64,000 nt of DNA. Origin: Clostridiaceae bacterium (GTDB lineage: Bacteria > Bacillota > Clostridia > Acetivibrionales > DUMC01). Positions 1-9,700 of this stretch are shown here, piece after piece. The first letter of the stretch is position 1. Each line of letters starts with the position of its first letter. Location of the stretch: positions 30,594 to 94,593 of the forward strand of contig DUMC01000126.1 of NCBI GenBank assembly GCA_012840075.1, written 5' to 3'. The position numbers were made by a program, and so were the translations under genes. The notes beneath the pieces are model-generated. The model saw only the letters and a list, made by a program, of their open reading frames with translations, made no database searches and was not told the origin of the DNA.

Positions 1-116
1 ATGTATTTTGTGAGGTCATTAACTATTATTGACCGATATTCACAAATTATACATCATCTAGTAAAATTTTTTAGATAATGATTTAAAAACGGGATTAGGC
101 TCTGACCCCCTTTACA

Positions 117-977
117 TTATTTAAGTTTCATATATGTCTTTGGCGGGGCGCCAAAGGCATTTTTAAAAGCTCGTATGAAGTTTGAGTAGTCGGAAAAACC
201 ACACTTATTACACACTTCGGTTACAGCCAGCCCTTCTTTCAAAAATGACTTAGCTAAAAGAAGCCGTTTTGTGCGAATATATTGATGGATAGTGTAGCCG
301 GTGTATTTTTTGAATTCTCTAAGCAGATGATATTTACTTAAGTAGAATTTTTTTGACAGTAAATCCAATGACAAATCTGATTGGATATTTTCGTTTATAT
401 ATTGTATTATGGCGCTTACTTTTTTATTGTATTCAATGCCGTCGTGAAGCATGCTGCCGTAGGATTCCAGGTAACATTTGTTTATATGTATAATAAACTC
501 TATCAAATAAAGGTCTTTTAGGATATTGCTTCCGTAGCCGGTACTGTTACATGCGTTTTCGAATTTGTTTATGATATTTTTTAGACTGCGCAGTGCTTCA
601 GGATCCGGTCTTAATAGGTTGTTCTTATCATGGGAGTAAGCTTGAAAGCATGTGGATAAGTCAGTATCATATTTACTTTCTTTTTTTAAAAATTCCGGGT
701 TTAGCCAAATTACAATTCTTTCATATAATTCTCCCTGTTCAACCAGGGGTTTATGCAGTTCATTATTGTGGATCAGCAAAATATCACCCGGCTTTAATTT
801 GTAAGCCTTTCCTTCTATCATATAAGTAACTTTCCCGGATATGAAAAAATATATCTCATAAAAATCGTGGTTATGATATTCAATTTCCGTAGCTGTTTTG
901 TCTGCATAATGAAAATACTCAAAGTCCGGAGTAATCATATATTGTCTGGATGTAAAGTTATGTGTAAGAGCTTGCAT
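117..977 (-). CDS. AraC/XylS-family transcriptional regulator (cupin-like sensor + C-terminal HTH)
   Basis: 286-aa ORF. N-terminal cupin-like segment (HNHDFYEIYFFISGKVTYMIEGK). C-terminal AraC double-HTH signature (LSKYHLLREFKKYTGYTIHQYIRTKRLLLAKSFL ... YSNFIRAFKNAFGAPPKTY). AGGTGG lies just upstream of the ATG at 977. Confidence 0.85.
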   Translation of the reverse strand: MQALTHNFTSRQYMITPDFEYFHYADKTATEIEYHNHDFYEIYFFISGKVTYMIEGKAYKLKPGDILLIHNNELHKPLVEQGELYERIVIWLNPEFLKKESKYDTDLSTCFQAYSHDKNNLLRPDPEALRSLKNIINKFENACNSTGYGSNILKDLYLIEFIIHINKCYLESYGSMLHDGIEYNKKVSAIIQYINENIQSDLSLDLLSKKFYLSKYHLLREFKKYTGYTIHQYIRTKRLLLAKSFLKEGLAVTEVCNKCGFSDYSNFIRAFKNAFGAPPKTYMKLK

Positions 978-1439
978 AAAACCACCTAAATGCCGTTATT
1001 TAGTAAATTAATATCATTATATAGCAATTTTTGCATTAAATCAAGCAATAAATGCAAAGAAAATTGCAAAAATAAAAGTGTATAATATACTCTGGTAACA
1101 GTATAAGTTTATTTGTGCCAATAGTATAGGTTTATTTTTGTGCCAATAAAATGTCCTCAATGCTTATTTTCCCTATTGTACGAAATTTTCAGGTGGGAAG
1201 AGTAAATATAATGGTTTTAAGCATTAAAGTAATGGATTTATTTAGTAATAAAATATATAATAATGTTAGTAAGGAAAATGTAATATAAATTGTAAAATAT
1301 TAAATAGGTAAATAATAAGTAGTGCGAATGTTAACATATTAATTATAAGATTATAGGCATTTATTTAATAATTGGTATTTTAAAACAAAAGTATTTATTA
1401 AAGTTTTATGTGAAAAATAACGTTAAGGAGGTTTTATCT

Positions 1440-2891
1440 ATGAGTAAAGCAGATATAGGTATTATAGGTCTTGCCGTAATGGGAGAGAACCTAGCATTAA
1501 ATATGGAAAGCAAAGGTTTTACTGTTGCAGTTTTTAACCGCACTGTTGAGAAAGTTAAGAATTTTGTTGAAGGACGTGCTAAAGGAAAGAACATAATCGG
1601 AACATATTCACTTGAAGAACTGGTAGGAGCGTTAAAGAAGCCCCGCAAAATAATGCTTATGGTAAAAGCAGGAGCTCCTGTAGATCAATTCATTGATGCT
1701 CTTATTCCTCTCTTGGAAAAAGGCGATATCATAATTGACGGTGGAAACTCTCACTTCCCGGATACAGCCCGCCGCACAAAATATGTTGAAGAAAAAGGTC
1801 TTCTCTACATTGGGACAGGTGTTTCAGGCGGAGAAGAGGGTGCACTCAGAGGACCAAGCCTTATGCCTGGCGGTTCACCGGAAGCATGGCCTCATATAAA
1901 ACCCATATTCCAAGCCATTGCAGCAAAAGTAGATGATGGTTCTCCATGCTGTGATTGGGTTGGAGAAGGCGGAGCAGGCCATTTTGTAAAAATGGTGCAC
2001 AACGGAATTGAATACGGCGACATGCAGCTAATCTGTGAAGCTTATCATTTAATGAAAGACGTACTTGGCATGACAGCAGACGAAATGCATGAAGTTTTCA
2101 AAGAATGGAATGAAGGCGAGCTGAACAGTTATCTTATTGAAATCACAAGAGACATTCTTGCATACAAAGACGAGGACGGACAACCGTTAGTTGATAAAAT
2201 ACTTGATACCGCAGGACAAAAAGGAACCGGAAAATGGACTGCTATCGCAGCTCTCGATGAAGGCATTCCGCTTACATTAATAGGAGAAGCAGTATTTGCA
2301 AGATGTCTTTCAGCCATGAAAGAGGAAAGAGTTGAAGCTTCAAAAGTTCTCAAAGGTCCTGCTGTTAAGTTTGAAGGAGACAAAAAAGCATTTATTGAAG
2401 ATATTAGAAAAGCATTATATGCTTCTAAGATAGTTTCATACGCACAAGGATTTACACTTATGCGCGCAGCCGCAAAAACATACGGTTGGAATTTAAATTA
2501 TGGTGGTATAGCCCTTATGTGGAGAGGCGGATGCATTATAAGATCCGTATTCCTCGGAAAGATCAAAGAAGCTTTCGATAAGAATCCGGAACTTACTAAT
2601 TTGTTATTAGATCCTTTCTTCAAAGAAAAAGTAGAAGCCGCTCAGGACAGTTGGAGAAGAGTAGTATCAACGGCAATCCTTAACGGTGTACCTGTACCTG
2701 CATTCGCATCAGCACTGACCTATTACGACGGTTACAGAAGTGAAAGATTGCCGGCAAACTTACTGCAAGCACAAAGAGACTACTTTGGTGCCCACACATA
2801 TGAAAGAGTTGACAGACCAAGAGGTGAATTCTACCACACCAACTGGACAGGCCGTGGCGGAACAACTTCAGCCTCAACATATGTAGTCTAG
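1440..2891 (+). CDS. gnd: 6-phosphogluconate dehydrogenase, decarboxylating
   Basis: Start trimmed to ATG 1440, with AAGGAGG at 1424-1430. N-terminal Rossmann motif [16 protein letters not shown]. Conserved blocks [35 protein letters not shown], and a C-terminal [14 protein letters not shown] typical of Gnd. Confidence 0.95.
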   Translation: MSKADIGIIGLAVMGENLALNMESKGFTVAVFNRTVEKVKNFVEGRAKGKNIIGTYSLEELVGALKKPRKIMLMVKAGAPVDQFIDALIPLLEKGDIIIDGGNSHFPDTARRTKYVEEKGLLYIGTGVSGGEEGALRGPSLMPGGSPEAWPHIKPIFQAIAAKVDDGSPCCDWVGEGGAGHFVKMVHNGIEYGDMQLICEAYHLMKDVLGMTADEMHEVFKEWNEGELNSYLIEITRDILAYKDEDGQPLVDKILDTAGQKGTGKWTAIAALDEGIPLTLIGEAVFARCLSAMKEERVEASKVLKGPAVKFEGDKKAFIEDIRKALYASKIVSYAQGFTLMRAAAKTYGWNLNYGGIALMWRGGCIIRSVFLGKIKEAFDKNPELTNLLLDPFFKEKVEAAQDSWRRVVSTAILNGVPVPAFASALTYYDGYRSERLPANLLQAQRDYFGAHTYERVDRPRGEFYHTNWTGRGGTTSASTYVV

Positions 2892-3010
2892 ACAGGGGGA
2901 CGGTTCTCTTGTCTCAAATCTAGACAAGGGGACGGTTCTCTTGTCTGCTCTTATCTGACAACAGGGACGGTTCTTCCGTATTTATCAAAAACGGGAGGAC
3001 CGTTTCCGGT
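2889..3010. repeat. Family-A hairpin repeat cluster (core GGGGACGGTTCT): three direct copies plus one inverted partial copy
   Basis: TAGACAGGGGGACGGTTCTCTTGTCTC (2889-2915), TAGACAAGGGGACGGTTCTCTTGTCTG (2921-2947), TGACAACAGGGACGGTTCTTCCGT (2955-2978), and an inverted partial ACGGGAGGACCGTTTCCGGT (2991-3010). The first copy begins in the gnd stop codon. The same motif recurs at 36464-36698 and 44671-44740. Confidence 0.75.
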
Positions 3011-3153
3011 TATAACAGTTGTTAAAAAGGGAAAGAATCAGGGTAATAAATAACCGGTAATTGAAAACAACTGGTATTTAAAAAACAAAATAGTATATTT
3101 AGTGTTGGGAATAGCAAATGGTACCAAAAGGATTTATTATTGAGGTGATAAAA

Positions 3154-4431
3154 ATGATGGAAATTACAATGGTATCAAAATCACAGAACGGCATCAGCAA
3201 CGTAGAGCTAAGAAAAATATTGGAGTGTACTATAGAATCAAAAAAAGCTAGTTTAAAAAAGGTTCTCCTTTTACCGCCTGATATTACAAGAGCGCACTCC
3301 GGGGCAGGAAAAATAACTGCTATGTATTATGAAATGCTGAAAGATACCTGCCAAGTCGACATAATGCCAGCTATCGGAACTCATGAGCCAATGACTGTTG
3401 AAGAGCGCAAGGAATTCTTTGGTGAAGGTATTCCAATGGACCGCTTTATAGCTCATAATTGGAAAACTGATGTAGTAAAAGTCGGAACCGTACCTGCAGA
3501 ATTTGTAAAAGAAGTATCCGAAGGGCTGATTGATGAACCTATTGATATTGAGATAAATAAGCATCTTCTTGACAAGTCTTATGACTTAATAATTTCCATA
3601 GGACAAGTAGTTCCTCACGAGGTTATAGGTATTGCAAATTACAGCAAGAATATATTTGTAGGCTGTGGCGGCAGTGCAACTATAAATAAGTCCCACATGC
3701 TGGGGGCTGTTTATGGCATGGAAAGAATAATGGGCAAGGACTTTTCTCCTGTAAGAAAGGTATTTGATTACGCAGAAGAAAACTTTATTAAAGATATACC
3801 TCTTATGTATGTTCTTACCGTTACAACAGCAGTACAGAATAATGTAACCATACATGGTGTGTTTACAGGAAGAAGTCGTAAGATATTTGAAGAAGCCGTA
3901 AAACTGTGCCAAGAGAAAAACCTTACGTTTGTTGATAAACCTTTCAAGAAAGTGGTAGTTTACCTTGATCCAAAAGAATTCAAAACCACGTGGGTTGGAA
4001 ACAAAGCCATATATAGGACAAGAATGGCAATTGCCGACGACGGAGAGCTTATTATCCTGGCTCCGGGTGTTAGAAAATTCGGCGAAGATGACAGGAACGA
4101 TGAGTTAATAAGAAAATATGGGTACGTAGGTAGAAAGAAAGTTCTTGAACTAACAAAAGAAAATGAAGACCTTCAGAACAATCTATCAGTTGCAGCCCAT
4201 CTAATACACGGATCATCAGACGGAAGATTTACAATTACTTATGCAGTTGAAAAACTTACAAAAGAAGAGGTTGAAAAGGCTAATTTCAAGTACATGCCTT
4301 TAAGCGAAGCTCTTAAGAAATATGATCCTACAAGGTTGAAGGATGGTTACAACACTCTTGAAGACGGTGAAGAGATATTTTACATCAGCAATCCTGCAAT
4401 TGGATTGTGGGCTGATAAGAGTAGGTTTTAA
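3154..4431 (+). CDS. LarA-like (lactate racemase N-terminal domain / DUF2088) family protein
   Basis: Start trimmed to ATG 3154 (GAGGTGA, then 5 nt). About 425 aa. General resemblance to the DUF2088/LarA fold (LLLPPDITRAHSGAG, GQVVPHEVIGIANYSK, GCGGSATINKSHMLG). The family call is from memory of the family and is not verified. Confidence 0.5.
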   Translation: MMEITMVSKSQNGISNVELRKILECTIESKKASLKKVLLLPPDITRAHSGAGKITAMYYEMLKDTCQVDIMPAIGTHEPMTVEERKEFFGEGIPMDRFIAHNWKTDVVKVGTVPAEFVKEVSEGLIDEPIDIEINKHLLDKSYDLIISIGQVVPHEVIGIANYSKNIFVGCGGSATINKSHMLGAVYGMERIMGKDFSPVRKVFDYAEENFIKDIPLMYVLTVTTAVQNNVTIHGVFTGRSRKIFEEAVKLCQEKNLTFVDKPFKKVVVYLDPKEFKTTWVGNKAIYRTRMAIADDGELIILAPGVRKFGEDDRNDELIRKYGYVGRKKVLELTKENEDLQNNLSVAAHLIHGSSDGRFTITYAVEKLTKEEVEKANFKYMPLSEALKKYDPTRLKDGYNTLEDGEEIFYISNPAIGLWADKSRF

Positions 4432-4649
4432 GGTAAGGGGACACACCTCTTCGAGGAATGTCCCCTTTTGATCGGGGTAAGGGGACACACCTCTTCGAGG
4501 AATGTCCCCTTTTGATCGGGGTGAGGGGACACACCTCTTCGAGGAATGTCTCCTTTTGATCGGGGCAAGGGGACATACCTCTTTCGAGGAATGTCCCCTT
4601 TTGATTAGTGGACATACCTCTTTCGAAGATTGTTTCCTTTTGATTGAAC
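4432..4649 (+). repeat. Family-B tandem array: five head-to-tail 44-45 bp units, each an intrinsic-terminator-like hairpin followed by a T-run
   Basis: Units at 4432-4475, 4476-4519 (identical to unit 1), 4520-4563, 4564-4608 and 4609-4649 (degenerate). Unit is GGTAAGGGGACACACCTCTTCGAGGAATGTCCCCTTTTGATCGG. The hairpin pairs GGGGACACACCTC with GAGGAATGTCCCC (11 bp plus a 2-nt internal mismatch, TTC loop), followed by TTTT. Confidence 0.85.
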
Positions 4650-4673
4650 AAGGTAGACTTGAATTATTTACTT

Positions 4674-5708
4674 TTATCCAAAAAGACATTCATTTTTAAG
4701 AGCTTGGAACCTATCCTTGAAGATTCCCTCCTTGTCCATATCAATGCCTACTTTAATAGCAGTTAACGCATCACTGTAAGCGCCCGCTTTTACAAGAGCT
4801 TCAGCTAGATTATACCAGTTGGTTACCGAATAAGGGTCATATTTTGCTTTTATTGCCAGATACGGTACTGCCTTTTTTCTATAGTAGTTGGTATAATCCC
4901 CTACAGCCGGTTTAAATTCAATGCCGTTCCACCTGAGTATTGAAATATCATAAGTGCCATCATCCAATTTATTCCAGAGAACAATATCCGCAGGCAAGGG
5001 CGCACTTCTTTCAACATCTGCCGACATATCAGCACTTGTAGGTAAAGGCACTTTCCTATAAGTTGACTTACGAAGCACATCAAATTTGTTACATTCATAG
5101 GAAAAGACTTCGTGTACTTCATCATTTTCAAAGGTATAACCACACAATACCGATGGTTTACCTCTTGCTGATAAACCTAGCACCAGATGTCGTTTACTTG
5201 TTCCCGAAATGTCTACAACATTTCTATAATTTAAAACATGGTAACCGGGATTACTAATTTCTGAAGCTTTATACCATCCGTCTTTTCCTTTCTTAAGAAT
5301 AATTGTCCTTATCTCATCTTTTAACCTGAAGGATGCTATCAATTCTCTTTTCGTGTCTCCGTCAAGATCCGTTAAATGAAGTTCCCTGGTATACGAGGGG
5401 CGTTCCGGCAATAAAAGTTCGCCTTTATCAGGCATAAATTTTTCAATTATTTCTTCGTAGTCATCCCTTTCCTGCCCGTCACCAAAAACAAGCCTTTTAA
5501 ATTGCAACATGGAAGGTTCTAAAGCTCTGAACAGGGGATTTAAAGGATTAACAGCCGACAATCTTTTCCTAAGACCATTGATATTATTAGCAAAATTTGT
5601 CGCCAGAAAGTCAATTGGAGTTCTTACGTCCTTTGACGGAGCACCTGCATATTTTTCCAATAATGCTCTTCCTGCCAGTGCAAGTCCAATTATTTGAACC
5701 GGAAGCAT
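4674..5708 (-). CDS. hypothetical protein (about 345 aa, no recognised family)
   Basis: Long uninterrupted ORF convergent with the LarA-like gene. AAAGGTGA lies upstream of three possible starts (GTG 5720, ATG 5717, ATG 5708); the last has the best spacing. Contains a DLDGDTKRE segment and an Ala-rich helical, TPR-like C-terminus (NWYNLAEALVKAGAYSDALTAIKVGI). No catalytic motif recognised. Confidence 0.5.
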   Translation of the reverse strand: MLPVQIIGLALAGRALLEKYAGAPSKDVRTPIDFLATNFANNINGLRKRLSAVNPLNPLFRALEPSMLQFKRLVFGDGQERDDYEEIIEKFMPDKGELLLPERPSYTRELHLTDLDGDTKRELIASFRLKDEIRTIILKKGKDGWYKASEISNPGYHVLNYRNVVDISGTSKRHLVLGLSARGKPSVLCGYTFENDEVHEVFSYECNKFDVLRKSTYRKVPLPTSADMSADVERSAPLPADIVLWNKLDDGTYDISILRWNGIEFKPAVGDYTNYYRKKAVPYLAIKAKYDPYSVTNWYNLAEALVKAGAYSDALTAIKVGIDMDKEGIFKDRFQALKNECLFG

Positions 5709-5884
5709 AAGTTCCATCACCTTTATATACTTTGTATTAATTGTTATATGATATTATATGTAGCAGGAAGAAATAAGGGAACTTACATTAATGATTAAAT
5801 TTACTGCCGGAATATTATTTAAGTAATAGAGATTTAGAATTATTTAAGTAATAGAAATTTAGAAAATAAAAATAATTTATAGTT

Positions 5885-6079
5885 TCTTGCCAATTTAGCA
5901 GCTTCACTTTTAGACATGCCCGCTTTAATAAGCTGACTTTTAAAGTTTACCTTGAAAATAAAGAATTTAACAGCTAATTCCTCAAATGCTTTATTATCAC
6001 CATGGGCAGCTTTTGACAGAAGCTTTTTCTGTATATTTGTACAACTTTCTTCTAAAAAACCATGCGCACCACTTCCATA
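5885..6079 (-). pseudogene. possible remnant of a small sigma-70/HTH-type regulator (open frame with no start codon)
   Basis: The minus-strand frame is open from the TAG at 6080-6082 to the stop at 5840-5842. It reads ...LEESCTNIQKKLLSKAAHGDNKAFEELAVKFF...LIKAGMSKSEAAKLARNYK. The LLSKAAHGDNKAFEEL stretch resembles the start of sigma region 2, and the tail resembles an HTH. The only in-frame ATG (5917) would give about 25 aa. Confidence 0.25.
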
Positions 6080-6307
6080 CTACTACATGCACTAGCCTAC
6101 TCAGAACGTCTTGCTTTCATCAACTTAGTCGTAAATTTGGATAAAACGGTTCGAAAAAAATGAAGATTTATTTGAAATTTTTATTCTAATTAGCAGGTAT
6201 ATATTAATTAACCAGCTATAAAACAAATTAATTAACGAGCTATGTAACAAGTTATATAAATCAGGCTATATTTACTAAGCTATGCTAAGTAAGCTATGTT
6301 TAACAAT

Positions 6308-6463
6308 CTATATTAACCATGCAGGCACATACCAGTTCCTTGAATCAATAGGGAGTAATTTAGGCATCATACAAATAACTGCACCATTGCCAATATTCAT
6401 TTTATCAGGAAACATTTTGGATATTTTAAGTATGGTTGCTTCAATTGCCCTTTTTATATACAT
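6308..6463 (-). pseudogene. possible 5' fragment of an AAA/DUF4143-type ATPase gene (51 codons)
   Basis: GAGGTG, 6 nt, then ATG at 6463. Translation is MYIKRAIEATILKISKMFPDKMNIGNGAVICMMPKLLPIDSRNWYVPAWLI*. The first ~19 aa resemble the N-terminus of AAA_14-type ATP-binding proteins, but no Walker A motif follows. Confidence 0.2.
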
Positions 6464-6793
6464 TTTCAACACCTCATATAAACTATAACTTTTATTATTT
6501 TTCGTCTAAAATAAAATATAATTTTATTATAGGCGTATACTAGAAGTTTGCCAAGGATTTGTATTATTTCCTCTACCAGAATTAACTTAACTATTAATTA
6601 AGCAACAGATTTTCCGATAATATATATGAAGTGCGCATATAGCGAAATACTGTTTGCCGAATAGGAAACCTGACAATAAAGGCTTTTTAAAAAGAGCCGC
6701 TAAAATATTATTGATAGAAAACACACGATACTGAATTGATAGAAAACACATGCTACTAAAGAAAAAACTGCCCGGAAAGGATTTTGATGCAAG

Positions 6794-9700
6794 ATGTTCA
6801 AACATGATAAAACTGATATCAGTAACAATATGAATAATAATCACATTAGCAATAATATTGATCGCCGAACAAATATATTTTGGAGGATACATGAAACTTA
6901 TAACCCGATCAAACTTAAATCAGTAAAGCGGAAAAGATTAAAAATTATTTCATTGGTATTGGTTTTATGCTTTATTGCAAGCTATTTCCAACCATTTGCA
7001 GCTACTGTTTTTGCAGCTCCAAGAAGTATTAATGTATACGTTGACGACTTCAGCCAGGGTAAACTGACTCTTAGATGGGATGCAGTTGCAGGGGGAAACT
7101 CTGTAAAAATTACATACCACTCGCCGATTTCTTCCAATCCTTACAGCAAAGAAACAATAATCCTCAATCAGACTACCAATAAGGCAGATATACCGAATCT
7201 CCTAAACGATATAGTTTATGATTTTGACATAATCGTCTATAGCGATATAAATGCAAATGGCATGGAGCTAGCCAGAGGTTTTCTTTATTTTCTTCCTAGA
7301 GTAACCTTCGAGGCAAAAATTATCAAACAAAATTATGTAGACCTTCCCGGAGGCGGAAGGGAAATCGGTATAGATCCCGGAATAACCCTGGAATGGTCCA
7401 TCCCACGAGTATGGGATGAAACTTCAGGTGAATTCAGATACATTAATGAGGATGAAGTCATTGCTCATATGGAAGGCAAGCTTAATGAAGTTTATTCCGG
7501 TGGAACAAATATAAATAAAATCAACTACCGAATAAATATATCCACTGATTCTACTAAATTAAACAGTAGCCCTGAACAAGCGGGGATTATTATAGAACCG
7601 GGAGCCGATGATGATGAATTTTACTCTTATGTTTCCGGTAGCCAAGATGTTAAATCCAAAGTAAGGATTTCAGCTTCCACAGGAAAAATGAGTTTGGATG
7701 TCTTAGGAAGAAAAGATAAAAATGCTGAACTGCCACCGGCTGCAGATTATAAATTACCTCATAAGGACATACTCCCTGGAACCGTTTACTATATGAATAT
7801 TAAGCTAATGTTTTTTGATGACACAAACCAACCTATTAATGTTCTTACAACCGGGGCACCAAAGGATATGAACGGAAGCCCTCTTACAGGGAATGTTTCA
7901 TACATTTTTACCCCTATACGTTTTCAATTGACAAGGGATAATTATAACAATGTATTTGTAAAAATATACAGAATAAATCAAGGCAGCCTCGACCTTCCAA
8001 GATTGTACTACGAAATTCAAACCAGCGATGATCCTACCGTTCAAGGAGACTGGATGGTTAGAAGGAGAATTGATGATACTTATTTTATAGGAGGATATGC
8101 AAATACGGTTATTTCGGACATAAATCCAAATAACGAGATATATTATAAAATTGTTGTTAAATCCGATAATGTTGATGACAGGCTTGAATCTTCTCCGATG
8201 CCTTATATATTGTACATGGACACCAGCAGGCCGCCTGTGCCTCTGAACGTGAGCATAACCGAAAAGTTGCCAGTATGGCAAAATGTCACTCATCCCATAA
8301 CCCAGGAAGAAATACGGGTTAAATCCACAGATGTAACTTTTACATGGGAGATGCCGGAGGATTTTAACTGGAATCAGGAAAAAGATAATTTGTATTTCCA
8401 TTTCATGATAAGTACTAATCAAGTTGATCTGAGTACCAGCACAGATTTAAAAATTGATGGTAAATATTGGGGAACATATCCTGTTAAATACAGGCTTGTC
8501 AGATATGTCAGTGCTAACTCTCCTAATATCATGGTGAATGGGAACCGGATAAGCTATACACTCAAAGGTTTTGAATTATTTAAAGGAGAAGGAGATGACG
8601 GGCAACTTAACAAGATTATACAAAATCCTGATAATTATCCTGATTTCCTTTTGCCTAACAGAATATATTACGTGCAGATGTATACAACAAGAGCGGCAGA
8701 TGCAGGTTCCACGGAACCTGACAGGATGTCTGATATTTCTATAGTTAGAAGCTTTACCACGTTGCCTGAAATAGACCAGGAAGTACCTGCTCCTTTAAAT
8801 GTTGTTGTTGATAAAAATGAAATTTACACAGATTCGGAGAATAATATCAAAAACAGGGTTGAACTTTTATTTAATAAAGTAAACATCGATTGGAGATATT
8901 ATACATCTGATACTAATAAACAAAAGGCAGTATATTATGACCTGTATATGAGCACCAGAACCGCAAGCGATTCTTTCGTAAAGATAGGTTCAACTGAATA
9001 TACTGACAGGGATGTTAAGTTTATTGGCGCAGATGATCCTACAACTGCAACTGTTAGAGTTTCAATAAGCCAATTTCGCAAGGATGTTAACAAGTATGAT
9101 CCGGATGATAACCCGGATACGGATAATGATATCGATCCATACGTGATTTTCGGTTCCGGATTAAAACCTAATACAACATATTACTTTATACTGAAAACAA
9201 GGCTTGTAATTGAAGGAGAAAAACCGGACAAGGAATCTGTTGCGACTCCTATAGTGTCCGTAACTACCTTAAAAGGTGACATAGAAGATCCTGATGAAGA
9301 GGCCAGAAAACCACTTGCTCCGAATGATTTCAGCATTAGTACTGATGCTGAAGGAAACTTGGAGATAACAGGTTCCAGCGTCAAATTCAAATGGACACGA
9401 TTGGAGGAATCTCCGGTTTATGAAATTATATGCACGTCGGAAAGGATAGCTTCGGATGCGGTTCTATCTGATTATGAAAATGACCCTCTATATAAAAGTT
9501 TCATAGCTCACTATGGCAACAAAGACAGTGACGGTAAAAGTAATACCTTTATTCTTGATCCTGAAAAAGATCTAAACACCGGTAATTTCAAGGATAAATT
9601 TTTGTATGATAATACAACCGGTACATTCACTCTTTTAATAGATGAATGGATATATCCCAACAGGCTATATTATTTCAGCATAAGAGCCGTAATCAGGGAT

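Noticed and set aside
4432-4649. Possibility that the tandem 44-bp array is a CRISPR array.
   Set aside because: The units abut directly with no unique spacers. Each unit is a hairpin plus T-run. No cas genes or leader are present in the window.
4300-4699. Track ORFs 4300..4689(-), 4385..4651(-) and 4502..4699(+) with periodic peptide sequences (…KRGHSSKEVCPL…).
   Set aside because: They are translations of the 44-bp tandem hairpin array, so the peptide periodicity mirrors the DNA repeat. They have no SD, overlap one another in several frames, and overlap the 3' end of the LarA-like gene.
6282-6892. Track ORFs 6282..6488(+) 68 aa and 6587..6892(-) 101 aa.
   Set aside because: Neither has an SD or a motif. 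The first is antisense to the better-initiated 51-codon fragment at 6308-6463. The second overlaps the start region of the 1744-aa gene.
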